Assembly (NCBI GenBank): GCA_963809895.1
Contig: CAWELD010000003.1
Span: forward strand, 1,248,001-1,312,000
Direction of reading: 5' to 3'
DNA length: 64,000 nucleotides
Source: an uncultured Gemmatimonadales bacterium
GTDB lineage: Bacteria; Gemmatimonadota; Gemmatimonadetes; Longimicrobiales; Gaopeijiaceae
The notes beneath the pieces were generated by a model. That model searched no databases. It saw only the letters and a list, made by a program, of their open reading frames with translations, and was not told where the DNA came from. Positions 29,260 through 41,327 of the stretch are shown here, one piece after another. Numbering within the stretch: position 1 is the stretch's first letter; each line of letters begins with the position of its first letter. The position numbers and the translations under genes were made by a program.

Positions 29260-30945
29260 TCAGGCGTCGGCGCCGCGCTCCATGTGCTCGGGAGCGGTGA
29301 TTCCCAGAACGGTCAGGCCGTTGTGCAGCACCAGCTGGACGGCCCGGGCGAGCACCAGGCGCGCACGCCGCAGGTCGGGGTCGTCCACGAGCACCGCCAA
29401 CTCGGGGTTCCGCGACGGGTTGCCGGCGTGATACCAGGCGTTGACCGCCCCCGCCGTCTGCTCCAGGTAGTCGCACAGCAGGTGCGGCGCCCGCGCGTCG
29501 GCAGCCCGCTCCACCGTCTCGGGAAAGATCGACAGCTGGCGAACCAGGTCGCGCTCGGCCTCGTCGGCCAGCAGGGTGAGATCCGCAGCCGACGGATCGA
29601 TGGCATCCGGCACGACGCCCGCCTTCGCGAAGATGGAGTGCATGCGAGCGTGAGCGTACTGGACCTTGTAGACCGGATTCTTGTCGGATTGGTCCAGCGC
29701 CATGTCCAGGTCGAAGACCAGATGGGCTTCGGGCTTGCGCATCTGGAAGAAGTAGCGCGTGACGTCGACGCCCACCTCCTCGAAAAGCTCCCGTAGCGTG
29801 GTGTACGCGCCCGCGCGCTTGGAGAACTTCACCTCCTTGCCGGCCCGCTCCACCCTGACCATCTGGTGCAGAACGTACTCGGGGTAGCCCTCGGGAAGCC
29901 CGAGCGCCCTCAGCCCGGCGCGCACGCGGGCCACGGTGCCGTGGTGATCCGATCCCTGCACGTTGATGGCCCGGTGGAAGCCTCGCTCCCACTTGCTGAG
30001 GTGATAGGCCACGTCGGGCAGAAAATAGGTCGGCGTGCCGTCGGCGCGCAGCATGACCCGGTCCTTGTCGTCGCCGAACTCCGTGGTCCGCAGCCAGGTG
30101 GCGCCCTCAGACTCGTACACCAGACCGGTGTCCCTCAGGCGGGCCACGGTGTCGGCCACGCGCCCGTCGTCGTAGAGCGAGGACTCGAGGTAGAACTCGT
30201 CGAACCGCACCCGGAAGTCCGACAGGTCCCGGTCCTGCTCCGCCCGGAGCTCGCGCACGGCGAAGCGGCGCATGGCCTCCAGCGCCTTCGCGGAATCGTC
30301 GCCCTCGTAGCGATCCCCCACCTGGGCGCGGAGACCGCGGGCCAGCTCCTCCACGTAGGCCCCCTGGTATCCCCCTTCGGGCACGGACGCCTCCTCGCCC
30401 AACGCTTGCTGGTAGCGCGCCCATACGCTCCGGGCCAGAAGCTCCATCTGGCGCCCCGAGTCGTTGTAGTAGAACTCGCGGTGCACCGACCAGCCGGTCC
30501 ACTCCAGCAGGGTGGCGATGGCGTCGCCCAGCGCCGCCTGGCGCCCGTGGCCCAGGTGCAGGGGACCGGTGGGATTGGCCGACACCCACTCCACCACGAC
30601 GGACTCGCCTCCGCCGACGGAGCCGCGCCCGTAGTCCCCCGCCGCCTCCACCAGCGCCGCGAGGGTCTCGGCCATGGTGTCGCGGGAGAGGCGGAAATTC
30701 AGAAAGCCGGGCCCCGCCACCTCCACCGCCGCCACGCCCGCCGAGGCCAGGTCGAGGCGATCGCGGATCTCGTCGGCGATCTGTCGGGGAGCCCGCCTCA
30801 GGGTCGACGCCAGCGTCAGCGCGACGTTGGTGGCGAGGTCGCCGTGCTCCGGATCCCGCGGGCGCTCCAGGTGGACGTCGGGGTCGTCGACCCCCATCTC
30901 GGCCAGGGCCGCGGCCACCGCGGCCCGGATGTCATCGTGCGCCAC
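29260..30945 (-). CDS. argS: Arginine--tRNA ligase
   Basis: HGDLATN, AGPGFLN, SANPTGPLHLGHGR, KFSKRAG, NPVYKVQYAHAR, APEHM. Confidence 0.96.
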   Translation of the reverse strand: MAHDDIRAAVAAALAEMGVDDPDVHLERPRDPEHGDLATNVALTLASTLRRAPRQIADEIRDRLDLASAGVAAVEVAGPGFLNFRLSRDTMAETLAALVEAAGDYGRGSVGGGESVVVEWVSANPTGPLHLGHGRQAALGDAIATLLEWTGWSVHREFYYNDSGRQMELLARSVWARYQQALGEEASVPEGGYQGAYVEELARGLRAQVGDRYEGDDSAKALEAMRRFAVRELRAEQDRDLSDFRVRFDEFYLESSLYDDGRVADTVARLRDTGLVYESEGATWLRTTEFGDDKDRVMLRADGTPTYFLPDVAYHLSKWERGFHRAINVQGSDHHGTVARVRAGLRALGLPEGYPEYVLHQMVRVERAGKEVKFSKRAGAYTTLRELFEEVGVDVTRYFFQMRKPEAHLVFDLDMALDQSDKNPVYKVQYAHARMHSIFAKAGVVPDAIDPSAADLTLLADEAERDLVRQLSIFPETVERAADARAPHLLCDYLEQTAGAVNAWYHAGNPSRNPELAVLVDDPDLRRARLVLARAVQLVLHNGLTVLGITAPEHMERGADA

Positions 30946-30951
30946 GGCGCG

Positions 30952-31251
30952 TCAGTCCTTCTTCGGGGTCGAGGTCGACCCGCTCGAGCCGCCCTTGTCC
31001 GAGCCTCCGTCCGCCGCCTTCTCCTTGCCGGCCTTGGCGCCCTTCTCGGCCTCGGCCTTCTTCTTGTACTCGGGGGATCGATAATCGGTGATGTAGAAGC
31101 CCTCTCCCTTGAAGAGCAGTCCGCCGCCGCCAGAGATCCGGCGCTGGGCCGGCTTCCCGCACTCGGGACAGGTCGCCACCGGGTCGTCGGACATGCGCTG
31201 GAAGAGCTCGAACTCGTGACCCTCGGGGCAGCGGTACTCGTAGGTGGGCAT
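30952..31251 (-). CDS. FmdB-family zinc-ribbon protein
   Basis: MPTYEYRC..GHEFE..QRMSD...CPECG...FKGEGFYITDY with a low-complexity tail. Confidence 0.9.
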   Translation of the reverse strand: MPTYEYRCPEGHEFELFQRMSDDPVATCPECGKPAQRRISGGGGLLFKGEGFYITDYRSPEYKKKAEAEKGAKAGKEKAADGGSDKGGSSGSTSTPKKD

Positions 31252-31374
31252 CGGGGAGGTCGGTGGATGACTGCGAAACGGGCCTCGCTAGACCCCGCGA
31301 ACAGCCTTGAATTTTAACGGTTGAGGCGGGCTCGCGGGAGTCGGGGCGCGTCCGGCGTGGCCACCCCGTCGAGC

Positions 31375-32951
<1,577 letters not shown>

Positions 32952-32955
<4 letters not shown>

Positions 32956-33476
32956 GCCTCCTCCTCCGGCTCGTCCAGGGCCTCCAGATCCACCAGGACC
33001 TGATCCTTGTCCACGGCCTCGCCGGGCGCCACCAGGATCCGGACCACGCGCGCCTCCACCTCGGCCTTGAGCTCGTTCTCCATCTTCATGGCCTCGACGA
33101 TGACCAGCCCCTGGCCCGGCACCACCGTGTCGCCCACGGCGACTTCCAGCTTCACCACGAGCCCCGGCATGGGCGCCCGGATCGGCCGCGGCCCTGTGGG
33201 GCCCGCCAGGGCGCCCGCCATCTCCCGAATGGTGCGCGTGCGCTCGTCCACGACCTCGCTCTCCATGCGCACACCGTCGACGTGCAGGCTCCACCGGCCA
33301 GCGCCCTCTCGCCCCGCCACCACGCGATGTGACGACCGGTCCAGGATGAGGCCGTGGACCCCGGTGTTCCCCAGGGCCTCCAGCGAGGCGTCGGCCGGGA
33401 CGTCGTCGACCCGGAGGCCCTCGGGCTCGACGTCCACCGTGAAGGTCCGCTCTCGAATCGTCACATGGTAGCGCAT
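32952..33476 (-). CDS. Biotin carboxyl carrier protein of an acyl-CoA carboxylase
   Basis: APMPG...EAMKMENE biotinylation motif. Confidence 0.92.
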
Positions 33477-33495
33477 GGCACCTCTGCGATGGGCT

Positions 33496-34785
33496 TCAAG
33501 CCGAGTGGTCCAGCGTCACGACGCTCTCCACGTGTGACGTCTGGGGAAAGAGATCGAAGCAGGCGAGGCGGCGAATCCGGTACCTCTCGCCCAGCCGCTC
33601 CAGGTCGCGGGCGAGCGTGGCAGGATCGCAGCTCACGTACACGAGCCGATCCACCGGCCGCGCGCGCAGGATCTCCGGCACGAGGGCGTCCAGGCCCGCC
33701 CGTGGCGGGTTCAGGATCATGCGGTCGGCAGGCAGCACGTCGGCCAACAGCTCCTCCACGGGACCCTGGAGCACCTGGAGCCCCGGCGGGGCCTCCTGGC
33801 GGGCGATCTCCACCGCCTGCTCATCCAGCTCCAGCGCCGTCACCCGAGCCCCGTGCCGCGCCAGACGGCGGCCGAAGAGGCTCACGCCGGCGTAGGCATC
33901 GATGACGTGCAGTCCCCGGGGATCGCCCAGCTCACCCAGCACCGAGCGGTGCACCGCTTCCGCCGCCTCCCGGTTCACCTGGAGGAAGGCCCCCGCCTGC
34001 ACCGGCACCGCTTCGCCGAACCAGGTGTCGTACGCCTCGTCGTTACCGGCCGACAGGCGCCAATCCCCGCCCGAGGGACGATGCCACACGGCCTGCAGCC
34101 CCGGGACCGCCTCCAGGAGCTGGTGAGCGGAACCGCCCTCACGGCCTCCCTCCACCGCCAGGACCGTTCCCCCCTCCACGGCCCGGAGCGTGAGTCGCAG
34201 CTCACCTCCACCGGGCAGGAGCCGGGCATCGGGCCCCCAGGCCTCCCGCAGGAGGCTCCAGGCCTCCCGCACGGAATCCTCGGGCAGGAGACAGCGCCCA
34301 TCCACGTCCAGCACGCGGCCCGGGTTCTCCCACTCGTGGAGCCCGGCCACCACGCGTCCACCCCGCAGCCGCCGGAGCGTGAAGGACATGCGGTTGCGAT
34401 AGCCGAACTCCCGGGCCGACGCCTCCACCGCAGGCCGGTCGGCCGTGCGGCGGCCGATGCGCCGCAACGCCTCCACGACGATCCGGGACTTGGCCTCGAG
34501 CTGGGCCCGGTAGCGGAGATGCTGAAGCTGGCATCCTCCGCAGGAGTCGTAGAGCGGACAGGGCGGGTCTCGGCGGTCGGGGCCCGCGACCTCCACCGAC
34601 TCCGGGCGGGCCCGCACCCATCGGCCTCCGTCCTTGATGACGCTCACGCGCACCCGATCGCCCGGCGCCGTGCGGGTCACGAAGGCCACGCGCCCATCGG
34701 GCAACCGCCCCACGCCGTCTCCGCCGGCTGCAATCCCCCGGATCTCGACGACCGCCTCGTCGCCCGCCCCCTGGGCACCCGTCAC
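33496..34785 (-). CDS. rlmD: 23S rRNA m5U methyltransferase, RlmD/TrmA family
   Basis: TRAM domain, C..Y.SCGGCQLQH Fe-S motif, AFLQVN, NPPRAG, YVSCDPATLARD, DLFPQTSHVE. Start approximate. Confidence 0.85.
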   Translation of the reverse strand: MTGAQGAGDEAVVEIRGIAAGGDGVGRLPDGRVAFVTRTAPGDRVRVSVIKDGGRWVRARPESVEVAGPDRRDPPCPLYDSCGGCQLQHLRYRAQLEAKSRIVVEALRRIGRRTADRPAVEASAREFGYRNRMSFTLRRLRGGRVVAGLHEWENPGRVLDVDGRCLLPEDSVREAWSLLREAWGPDARLLPGGGELRLTLRAVEGGTVLAVEGGREGGSAHQLLEAVPGLQAVWHRPSGGDWRLSAGNDEAYDTWFGEAVPVQAGAFLQVNREAAEAVHRSVLGELGDPRGLHVIDAYAGVSLFGRRLARHGARVTALELDEQAVEIARQEAPPGLQVLQGPVEELLADVLPADRMILNPPRAGLDALVPEILRARPVDRLVYVSCDPATLARDLERLGERYRIRRLACFDLFPQTSHVESVVTLDHSA

Positions 34786-34792
34786 CGGCGCC

Positions 34793-36298
34793 TCACCGGG
34801 TCCGATTCCAGGGCCACCCCGCCGTCCGCCACGCCGACAGCTCGCGTGCGGCACCACCGGCGATCCGGGGCGTGCGGTGGCGGCGACGATCGTCCTCCTC
34901 CAGCAGCGCGGCGGCCACGGCTGCTGCCCGCATCAGCCCCTCGTCGGGCTCGCCGGAGAGCACATCCGGATGCTCGTCGAGGAAACGGATCGAGAGGCGC
35001 CCGGCGCGGAAGTCCCCGTCACGGATCAGACGGCGATGAAACCCGGTGCAGGTGTCCAGGCCGGTGATCACCAATTCGTCCAGCGCGCGCTCCAGGCGGC
35101 GGAGCGCGGCTTCCCGATCGGCGCCGTAGACGATGAGCTTGCCCAGGAGCGGGTCGTAGTGGAGCCCGATCTCCTGACCCTCGGCGATGCCCCCGTCCCA
35201 ACGCACGCCGGACCCGCCGGGCACCTCCAGGCGCCCCACCGTACCCGTGGAGGGGAGGAACCCCCGATCGGGATCCTCGGAGGTGATGCGGCATTCCACC
35301 GCGTGGCCGTCGAGGGTCACGTCGTCCTGCGTGAACGGAAGCGGCTCTCCCCACGCCACGCGGAGCTGCCACTCCACAAGGTCCAGGCCCGTGACCAGCT
35401 CGGTGACGGGATGCTCGACCTGTAGCCGGGTGTTCATCTCCAGGAAGTAGAACGACCCGTCCTCCCACAGGAACTCCACGGTGCCGGCGCCCCGATAGGA
35501 CACGGCTTCGGCAGCCATGACCGCGGCGGACCCCATGACCTGGCGCTGCTCGGGCGTGAGCACGGCCGAGGGCGCCTCCTCGAGAAGCTTCTGGTGGCGC
35601 CGCTGCACGCTGCACTCCCGCTCGCCCAGATGCAGCACCCTGCCGTGGGCGTCGCCCAGGACCTGGATCTCGATGTGGCGCGGACGGGCCAGATAGCGCT
35701 CCAGGTAGACGGATCCGTCCCCGAACGCGGCCTGGGCCTCACGGGCCGCCGCCTCGAAGCTGCGCGCCAGATCCTCGGGTCGCTCCACCACGCGCATGCC
35801 CTTGCCGCCGCCGCCGGCCGCGGCCTTGAGCAGCACCGGATAGCCCATCTCCTCCGCCGCGGCACGCGCCTCTTCGGGGTCCTCCAGGGGATCCACGAGA
35901 CCCGGCACGATGGGCACACCGGCGGCCTGCATGCGCCGACGTGCCTCCGTCTTGTCGCCCATGGCTTCGATGGTCTCGGGCGTGGGGCCGATGAAGACCA
36001 GCCCCGCATCCTCCACCGCCCGTGCGAAGTGGGCGCGCTCGGCCAGAAAGCCGTAGCCCGGATGCACGGCCTCGGCACCCGTCTCGCGGGCGGCGTCCAG
36101 AAGGCGATCCACCCGCAGGTAGCTCTCGGCCGAAGGCGCCGGCCCCAGCAGGACCGCCTCGTCGGCCATGAGCGTGTGGGGAGCGAGCCGGTCCACCTCC
36201 GAATAGACGGCGACGGTGCGGATGCCCAGCTCCCGGCACGCGCGGATGATGCGGACGGCGATCTCGCCGCGATTGGCGATCAGGATCTTCGAGAACAT
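34793..36298 (-). CDS. accC: Biotin carboxylase subunit (acetyl/propionyl-CoA carboxylase)
   Basis: KILIANRGEIA, HPGYGFLAE, GGGGKGMR, ERECSVQRRHQK, EMNTRLQVEHPVTE. Confidence 0.92.
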   Translation of the reverse strand: MFSKILIANRGEIAVRIIRACRELGIRTVAVYSEVDRLAPHTLMADEAVLLGPAPSAESYLRVDRLLDAARETGAEAVHPGYGFLAERAHFARAVEDAGLVFIGPTPETIEAMGDKTEARRRMQAAGVPIVPGLVDPLEDPEEARAAAEEMGYPVLLKAAAGGGGKGMRVVERPEDLARSFEAAAREAQAAFGDGSVYLERYLARPRHIEIQVLGDAHGRVLHLGERECSVQRRHQKLLEEAPSAVLTPEQRQVMGSAAVMAAEAVSYRGAGTVEFLWEDGSFYFLEMNTRLQVEHPVTELVTGLDLVEWQLRVAWGEPLPFTQDDVTLDGHAVECRITSEDPDRGFLPSTGTVGRLEVPGGSGVRWDGGIAEGQEIGLHYDPLLGKLIVYGADREAALRRLERALDELVITGLDTCTGFHRRLIRDGDFRAGRLSIRFLDEHPDVLSGEPDEGLMRAAAVAAALLEEDDRRRHRTPRIAGGAARELSAWRTAGWPWNRTR

Positions 36299-36439
36299 GG
36301 GCTCCGGGGCTCGGGGAGAGGCGAAATGTGGCCCCTCCGCCGCCGGAGTGTAAAGCGGTCGCGTGAACGGCGCGGCCCAACGAACGAGGGGGCGGGCCCC
36401 GTCAGGACCCACCCCCTCGGGCGCCGCCCGGCGTGGGGC

Positions 36440-37546
36440 TCAGGGCCGCCGGCCCAGAACCTCCTGTTCGCTCCCCTTGCGCCGCACCCGCAGTCGAATG
36501 TCCTCGTCGGCGGTGTATGAGGCCAGGATGCGCCGCACGTCCTCGACGTCGCTCACCGCCCGACCTCCGATGGCCAGCAGCACGTCGCCGGCGCGAAGTC
36601 CCAGTGGAGAATCCTCGGCGACCCGCGTGACCAGCACGCCCTCGTCGGTGCCGAAGTACTCACCCAGCTCCGGGTTGAGCTCCACCAGCTCGGCGCCGTC
36701 GACGCAACCGTCTCCACCCAGCACCCACACCCGGTGGTCCCCGTCCCGCAGCTGTGCGCACGGATCCTGACCGATGGTCCCGAAAAAGGACCTCTCGGAC
36801 CGCGGGAGGGAGTCGGTGAAAAAGTGCACCTCCCCGCCACGGCCGGGTGTCTCGAAGCGATAGATGCCCTGGCGACCCTCGCCGAGCCGCTCCAGCATGT
36901 CACGGCTGCGGCCGCGCAGCTCGTCCAGGTTCAGGCGCCACTCGGGGCTCTCCAGGAGCAATCCCCCCCCTTCCGGCGACCGCAGACCGAAGAACGCGAT
37001 CCCGCCGGCGGCTTCCGGGGTCACCTGCAGCGTGCGCCGCCCCCCGTCGCGAATCACCTCGATATCCGCAGGCTCGTCGGGCTTCAGCGCGCCGACCATG
37101 GAGATGAAGCGCTGGACCGGCAGGGGCTGGCTGTCGTCGAGGTCCTCCTCGGCGGCTTCGTCGTCGAGGGGCTCCAGCACGCTGTGGCCGTCCACGCTGA
37201 CCACCAGGTCGCCCGTGCGCATGCCGGCCTCGTCTGCCGGACCCCCTTCCTGCACCTGGCCGATACGCACCCCGTCGCCATCACTCTCGCGCTGGTAGTC
37301 GATCCAGACACCGATCTGCGAGCGGCGCTCCATGGTGAACCCACTGGCGATCTCGGGAAACGCACGGGGCTCGACGGTGCGCAGACAGTGGCAGTTCTCG
37401 ATTTCCTTGCCATCCCGGTCCACGCACCGGCAACTGCGGTCCTCCCTGTCCTGTGCCCCCAGAGGCCCGGCCAGAAGCAGGGCGAGGGCACCCACGGCCA
37501 ATCTCGGCCACACGCGGCTGAGTCGGCGCTCCACACGATCCGTCAT
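36440..37546 (-). CDS. Exported protein with two PDZ domains
   Basis: Signal peptide, PDZ1 (IGV..VQEGGPADEAGMRTGDLVVSVDG), PDZ2 (LGEYFG..GVLVTRV..LRAGDVLLAIGG). No protease motif seen. Confidence 0.8.
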   Translation of the reverse strand: MTDRVERRLSRVWPRLAVGALALLLAGPLGAQDREDRSCRCVDRDGKEIENCHCLRTVEPRAFPEIASGFTMERRSQIGVWIDYQRESDGDGVRIGQVQEGGPADEAGMRTGDLVVSVDGHSVLEPLDDEAAEEDLDDSQPLPVQRFISMVGALKPDEPADIEVIRDGGRRTLQVTPEAAGGIAFFGLRSPEGGGLLLESPEWRLNLDELRGRSRDMLERLGEGRQGIYRFETPGRGGEVHFFTDSLPRSERSFFGTIGQDPCAQLRDGDHRVWVLGGDGCVDGAELVELNPELGEYFGTDEGVLVTRVAEDSPLGLRAGDVLLAIGGRAVSDVEDVRRILASYTADEDIRLRVRRKGSEQEVLGRRP

Positions 37547-37670
37547 GATCCCACCTGTCGCTCGAAGAATCCGCGGGGGCACCTGCCCCCGGGCGGTCAC
37601 GTCCGCCTCCACTGCCCTTGGGATGCGGATCCGGGGGTGGCGGGTTGCCGCGTGGAGCGTCCCGCGGCGG

Positions 37671-39221
37671 TCACAGCGGGATGTTGCCGTGCTTCTTCAG
37701 GGGATTCCTGTCGCGCTTGTCACGGAGCATGTCCAGCGCCGAGATGAGGCGGGGACGGGTCTCGCGGGGATCGATGACGTCGTCGACGAAGCCGCGTCCT
37801 GCCGCTACGTAGGGATGCGCCAGGGCCTCGCGATACTCCTCGATCCGGGCCTCGGTGGCCGCCTCGGGGTCGTCGGCTTCGGCAAGCTCCTTCCGGAACA
37901 GGATCTCCACCGCGCCCTTGGGGCCCATGACCGCGATCTCGGCGGTGGGCCAGGCCAGGTTCAGGTCTCCCCGGATGTGCTTGGAGTTCATGACGTCGTA
38001 CGCGCCGCCGTACGCCTTTCGCGTGATGACCGTCACCTTCGGCACCGTGGCCTCGCTGAAGGCGTAGAGGAGCTTGGCTCCGTGGCGGATGATGCCCCCG
38101 TGCTCCTGGTTCACCCCCGGCAGGAAGCCCGGAACGTCTTCCAGCACCACCAGCGGGATGTTGAAGGCGTCGCAGAAGCGGACGAAGCGCGCCCCCTTGT
38201 CCGAGGAATCGATGTCCAGCACCCCGGCCAGGACCGCGGGCTGGTTGGCCACGATGCCCACGCTGTGGCCTCCGAGATGCGCGAATCCCACCAGGATGTT
38301 GGCCGCGAAGTCGGGCTGCACCTCGTAGAAGACTCCGTCGTCGACGAGCGCCTTGATGACATCGTGCATGTCATAGGGCTTGTTGGGGTTGTCCGGGATG
38401 ATGTCGAGCAACTTCTCATCCTGGCGATCGTGGGGATCACCCCCCTCCCGGTCCGGCGCCCGCTCGCTGTTGTTCTGGGGAATGTAGTGCAGCAATTCCC
38501 GCACGGCGGCCAGCGATTCGGGCTCCGAGTCGTGGGCGAAATGGGCGACTCCGCTCTTCGAGGCGTGCACGTCGGCGCCCCCCAGACCCTCCATGTCGAT
38601 GTCCTCGTGCGTAACGGTCTTCACCACGTTCGGTCCGGTGACGAACATGTAGCTCGTGCCCCGAACCATGAAGACGAAGTCGGTGATGGCCGGCGAATAC
38701 ACGGCGCCACCGGCGCACGGCCCCAGGATCACGCTGATCTGGGGGATCACGCCCGAGGCCAGCGTGTTGCGCAGGAAGATGTCGGCGTATCCACCCAGCG
38801 ACACCACGCCCTCCTGGATGCGCGCGCCGCCGGAGTCGTTGAGCCCGATGAGCGGCGCCCCGTTGCGGAGCGCCATCTCCTGGAGCTTGACGATCTTCTC
38901 GGCGTGCGTCTCGGAGAGGGATCCCCCGAACACCGTGAAATCCTGGCTGAAGACGTAGACCAGACGGCCGTGGATGGTGCCGTATCCGGTGACGACGCCG
39001 TCGCCCAGGATCCTGCGGTCGGCCAGTCCGAAATCGGTGGAGCGATGCGTGACGAAGCGATCCAGCTCCACGAAGGATCCCTCGTCCAACAAGAGGTCGA
39101 GGCGCTCGCGGGCCGACAGCTTGCCCCGCTCGTGCTGGGCCTTCAGCCGAGCCTCGCCACCGCCCAACTCGGCCTCGCGGCGAAGCTGCTCCAGACGGGC
39201 GAGCCGATCCCTCATGGTCAT
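37671..39221 (-). CDS. pccB: Acyl-CoA carboxylase carboxyltransferase beta subunit (propionyl-CoA type)
   Basis: [51 protein letters not shown]. Confidence 0.93.
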   Translation of the reverse strand: MTMRDRLARLEQLRREAELGGGEARLKAQHERGKLSARERLDLLLDEGSFVELDRFVTHRSTDFGLADRRILGDGVVTGYGTIHGRLVYVFSQDFTVFGGSLSETHAEKIVKLQEMALRNGAPLIGLNDSGGARIQEGVVSLGGYADIFLRNTLASGVIPQISVILGPCAGGAVYSPAITDFVFMVRGTSYMFVTGPNVVKTVTHEDIDMEGLGGADVHASKSGVAHFAHDSEPESLAAVRELLHYIPQNNSERAPDREGGDPHDRQDEKLLDIIPDNPNKPYDMHDVIKALVDDGVFYEVQPDFAANILVGFAHLGGHSVGIVANQPAVLAGVLDIDSSDKGARFVRFCDAFNIPLVVLEDVPGFLPGVNQEHGGIIRHGAKLLYAFSEATVPKVTVITRKAYGGAYDVMNSKHIRGDLNLAWPTAEIAVMGPKGAVEILFRKELAEADDPEAATEARIEEYREALAHPYVAAGRGFVDDVIDPRETRPRLISALDMLRDKRDRNPLKKHGNIPL

Positions 39222-39277
39222 GCCTAACTCTCCGGTCCTGCGGGTACGGTGATGTGGATCGCGAGCGCGTGGGGCGG

Positions 39278-41212
39278 CTAGTGCCCTCCGCCCACGGAGT
39301 CCGCCCGGATTCCGGGGCAGCTGAAGCCCGCGCGTCGGCCCGGTCCCTCCGGCACGCTGTCCGTCTCGGGATCCGGTGGATAGGGGCGGTAGACGGGCTG
39401 CGGACGTGCGCCCGGAGCCATGGGGAGGAGCTCGCCACCCCAGAGACAGACGACCTGTTGCTCCCGGACGACCTTTCCATCGACGATGGACAGCGAGCCC
39501 GTCGCTCCCTGGAATCCCTGGATGTCCTCCAGGGCCCGGCCCAGTGCCGCCGGGGTGCGCGCCCCGGATCGCAGCGCCAGCAGGAGCAGCGAGGCCGCGT
39601 CGTAGCCCAGAGCGGTCACGGTGGGGTCCACCAGGCTCCGCTGGAAGTGGGATTCGTACGCATCCACGAAACGGCGGTAGCCCGGGGATTCCTCGCCCGG
39701 CAACTGGGGCGTGGCGACCACCACGCCATCCAGATGTCTGCGGCTCACGTCGCGGCGAACGTCGTCGTCCGTCCACCCCGCGGTCCCCAGGATCTGCACA
39801 CCCAGCGTGTCGAGGCCGAAGAAGCTCACCTGCGACGCCAGTGCCGCCACGTCCTCGGGCGGAACCGGAAGGACGAGGGCCTCGGGCTTGAGCCCCTGCA
39901 CGATCTCGATCTGCTGGCGGAAGAAGGTGGCGCCGGGCTCGTAGCTCAGGTCGCGCAGCACCGATCCACCCAGGGTCTGAAAGCGATCCGCGAACACCCG
40001 CGCTTCCTGTGTCGAATTGCCCCGTGAAGCATGGAGGAGGACCACCTGCCGGATACCGGCCCCGGCGGCCCAGGAGGCCAGCGCCTGGGCCGCGCCCGGG
40101 TCCAGCGCCGCCAGGGAATAGACGCTGCCCGCCCCCGCCGGGGTTTCGTAGGCCGTGGGTGAGATCACGGGCAAGCCGTCGCGCCGCGCGGAGGCGGCCG
40201 CCGCCAGGGCGTCGTCCTGCAACGGCCCGACCAGGGCCACCACTCCCTGTCCCTGCGCCGAGGCCACCAGGGCGCCGGAGGTCCCCGGGTCGCCTCCGTT
40301 GTCCAGTACGGTGAGCTCCACCGTCTCCTCCACGGCGGCGGCGGTCACCGCGGCCTCGATGCCGTCGCGGATCTTCTCGGCGAAGTCCCGCATGGCCGGC
40401 GAGCCGGTCAGCGGAAGAAGCGCCCCCAATCGCGCCGGAGCGCTCTCCGCGCCGACGATGCGCCCCTCGAGCACCGCGCGAGCCGTTTCGGCGTCCTCGC
40501 CGGCGGCGCCCGCATCGAGGGCCGCCTGGGCGAAGCTGCGGGCCGTGGCCGCGTCACCAGCGAGCAGCAGACCGCGCGCATACGCCGTCATGACCGGCGC
40601 CGCCAGAGGCTGGCCCAGCGGCGTCGCCTGAAGAACCTCGCCCAGGGTGTCCCGGGGCAGCGTGTCGGACAGCTCTCGGACCACGCCCAGAGCCTCGTCG
40701 AGAACCGACGGCGCGGCATCGGGGCTCAGCGACAGGAGCCGCTCCAGCGCCTCTCGCGAGCGGCCCTGGCCACGCAAGGCGCGACCTTCCACCAACGTCA
40801 TGCGGGCGACCCGGGCGTCTCCCGGTGGCAGGAGCAGACGGAGCCGCGTAGCCGCCTCGGCGGCGACGTCCCAATCCCCCAGCGCCGCCGAGGCCCGGGC
40901 CACCAGCGCCAGGGCGTCACCCGACACCGCCGACTGCGGGTAGTCGTCCACCACCTCCTGGGCGAGGGTGCGGGCCTCCCGAGCCCGCCCCGCCTGAAAC
41001 GCCTCGTCGGCCGCCGTCGTCAGCTCCCCGGCGCGCGCCTGGGCGTCCCGAGAGATCTGTCCCCGCTCCAGGACCACCGGCGGCGGGCCTTCGGTCTCTC
41101 CCGCCCTCTCCGGCGATCCCACGGACGTGCACGCCGCCCAGACGCCGGCCGCCAGGACCACAGCGGTGGTCTGGAGGAGCGCCCGCTTGGGGAGGATTCT
41201 CGAGATCAGCAT
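39278..41212 (-). CDS. Lipoprotein with TPR-like region and periplasmic-binding-protein type 1 fold (LpoA/LppC-like)
   Basis: Lipobox VWAAC, helical repeat region, [31 protein letters not shown]. Confidence 0.75.
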   Translation of the reverse strand: MLISRILPKRALLQTTAVVLAAGVWAACTSVGSPERAGETEGPPPVVLERGQISRDAQARAGELTTAADEAFQAGRAREARTLAQEVVDDYPQSAVSGDALALVARASAALGDWDVAAEAATRLRLLLPPGDARVARMTLVEGRALRGQGRSREALERLLSLSPDAAPSVLDEALGVVRELSDTLPRDTLGEVLQATPLGQPLAAPVMTAYARGLLLAGDAATARSFAQAALDAGAAGEDAETARAVLEGRIVGAESAPARLGALLPLTGSPAMRDFAEKIRDGIEAAVTAAAVEETVELTVLDNGGDPGTSGALVASAQGQGVVALVGPLQDDALAAAASARRDGLPVISPTAYETPAGAGSVYSLAALDPGAAQALASWAAGAGIRQVVLLHASRGNSTQEARVFADRFQTLGGSVLRDLSYEPGATFFRQQIEIVQGLKPEALVLPVPPEDVAALASQVSFFGLDTLGVQILGTAGWTDDDVRRDVSRRHLDGVVVATPQLPGEESPGYRRFVDAYESHFQRSLVDPTVTALGYDAASLLLLALRSGARTPAALGRALEDIQGFQGATGSLSIVDGKVVREQQVVCLWGGELLPMAPGARPQPVYRPYPPDPETDSVPEGPGRRAGFSCPGIRADSVGGGH

Positions 41213-41327
41213 GGTGGACTCAAGGTATACGGACGATCGCCCGGACGCGGAATCCGCGCCCGGGCGACGTTCGGAACGGCCGGCGGCCCGGCTCGGACGA
41301 GCTCCCGCCGGGGGAGACGACGACGGG

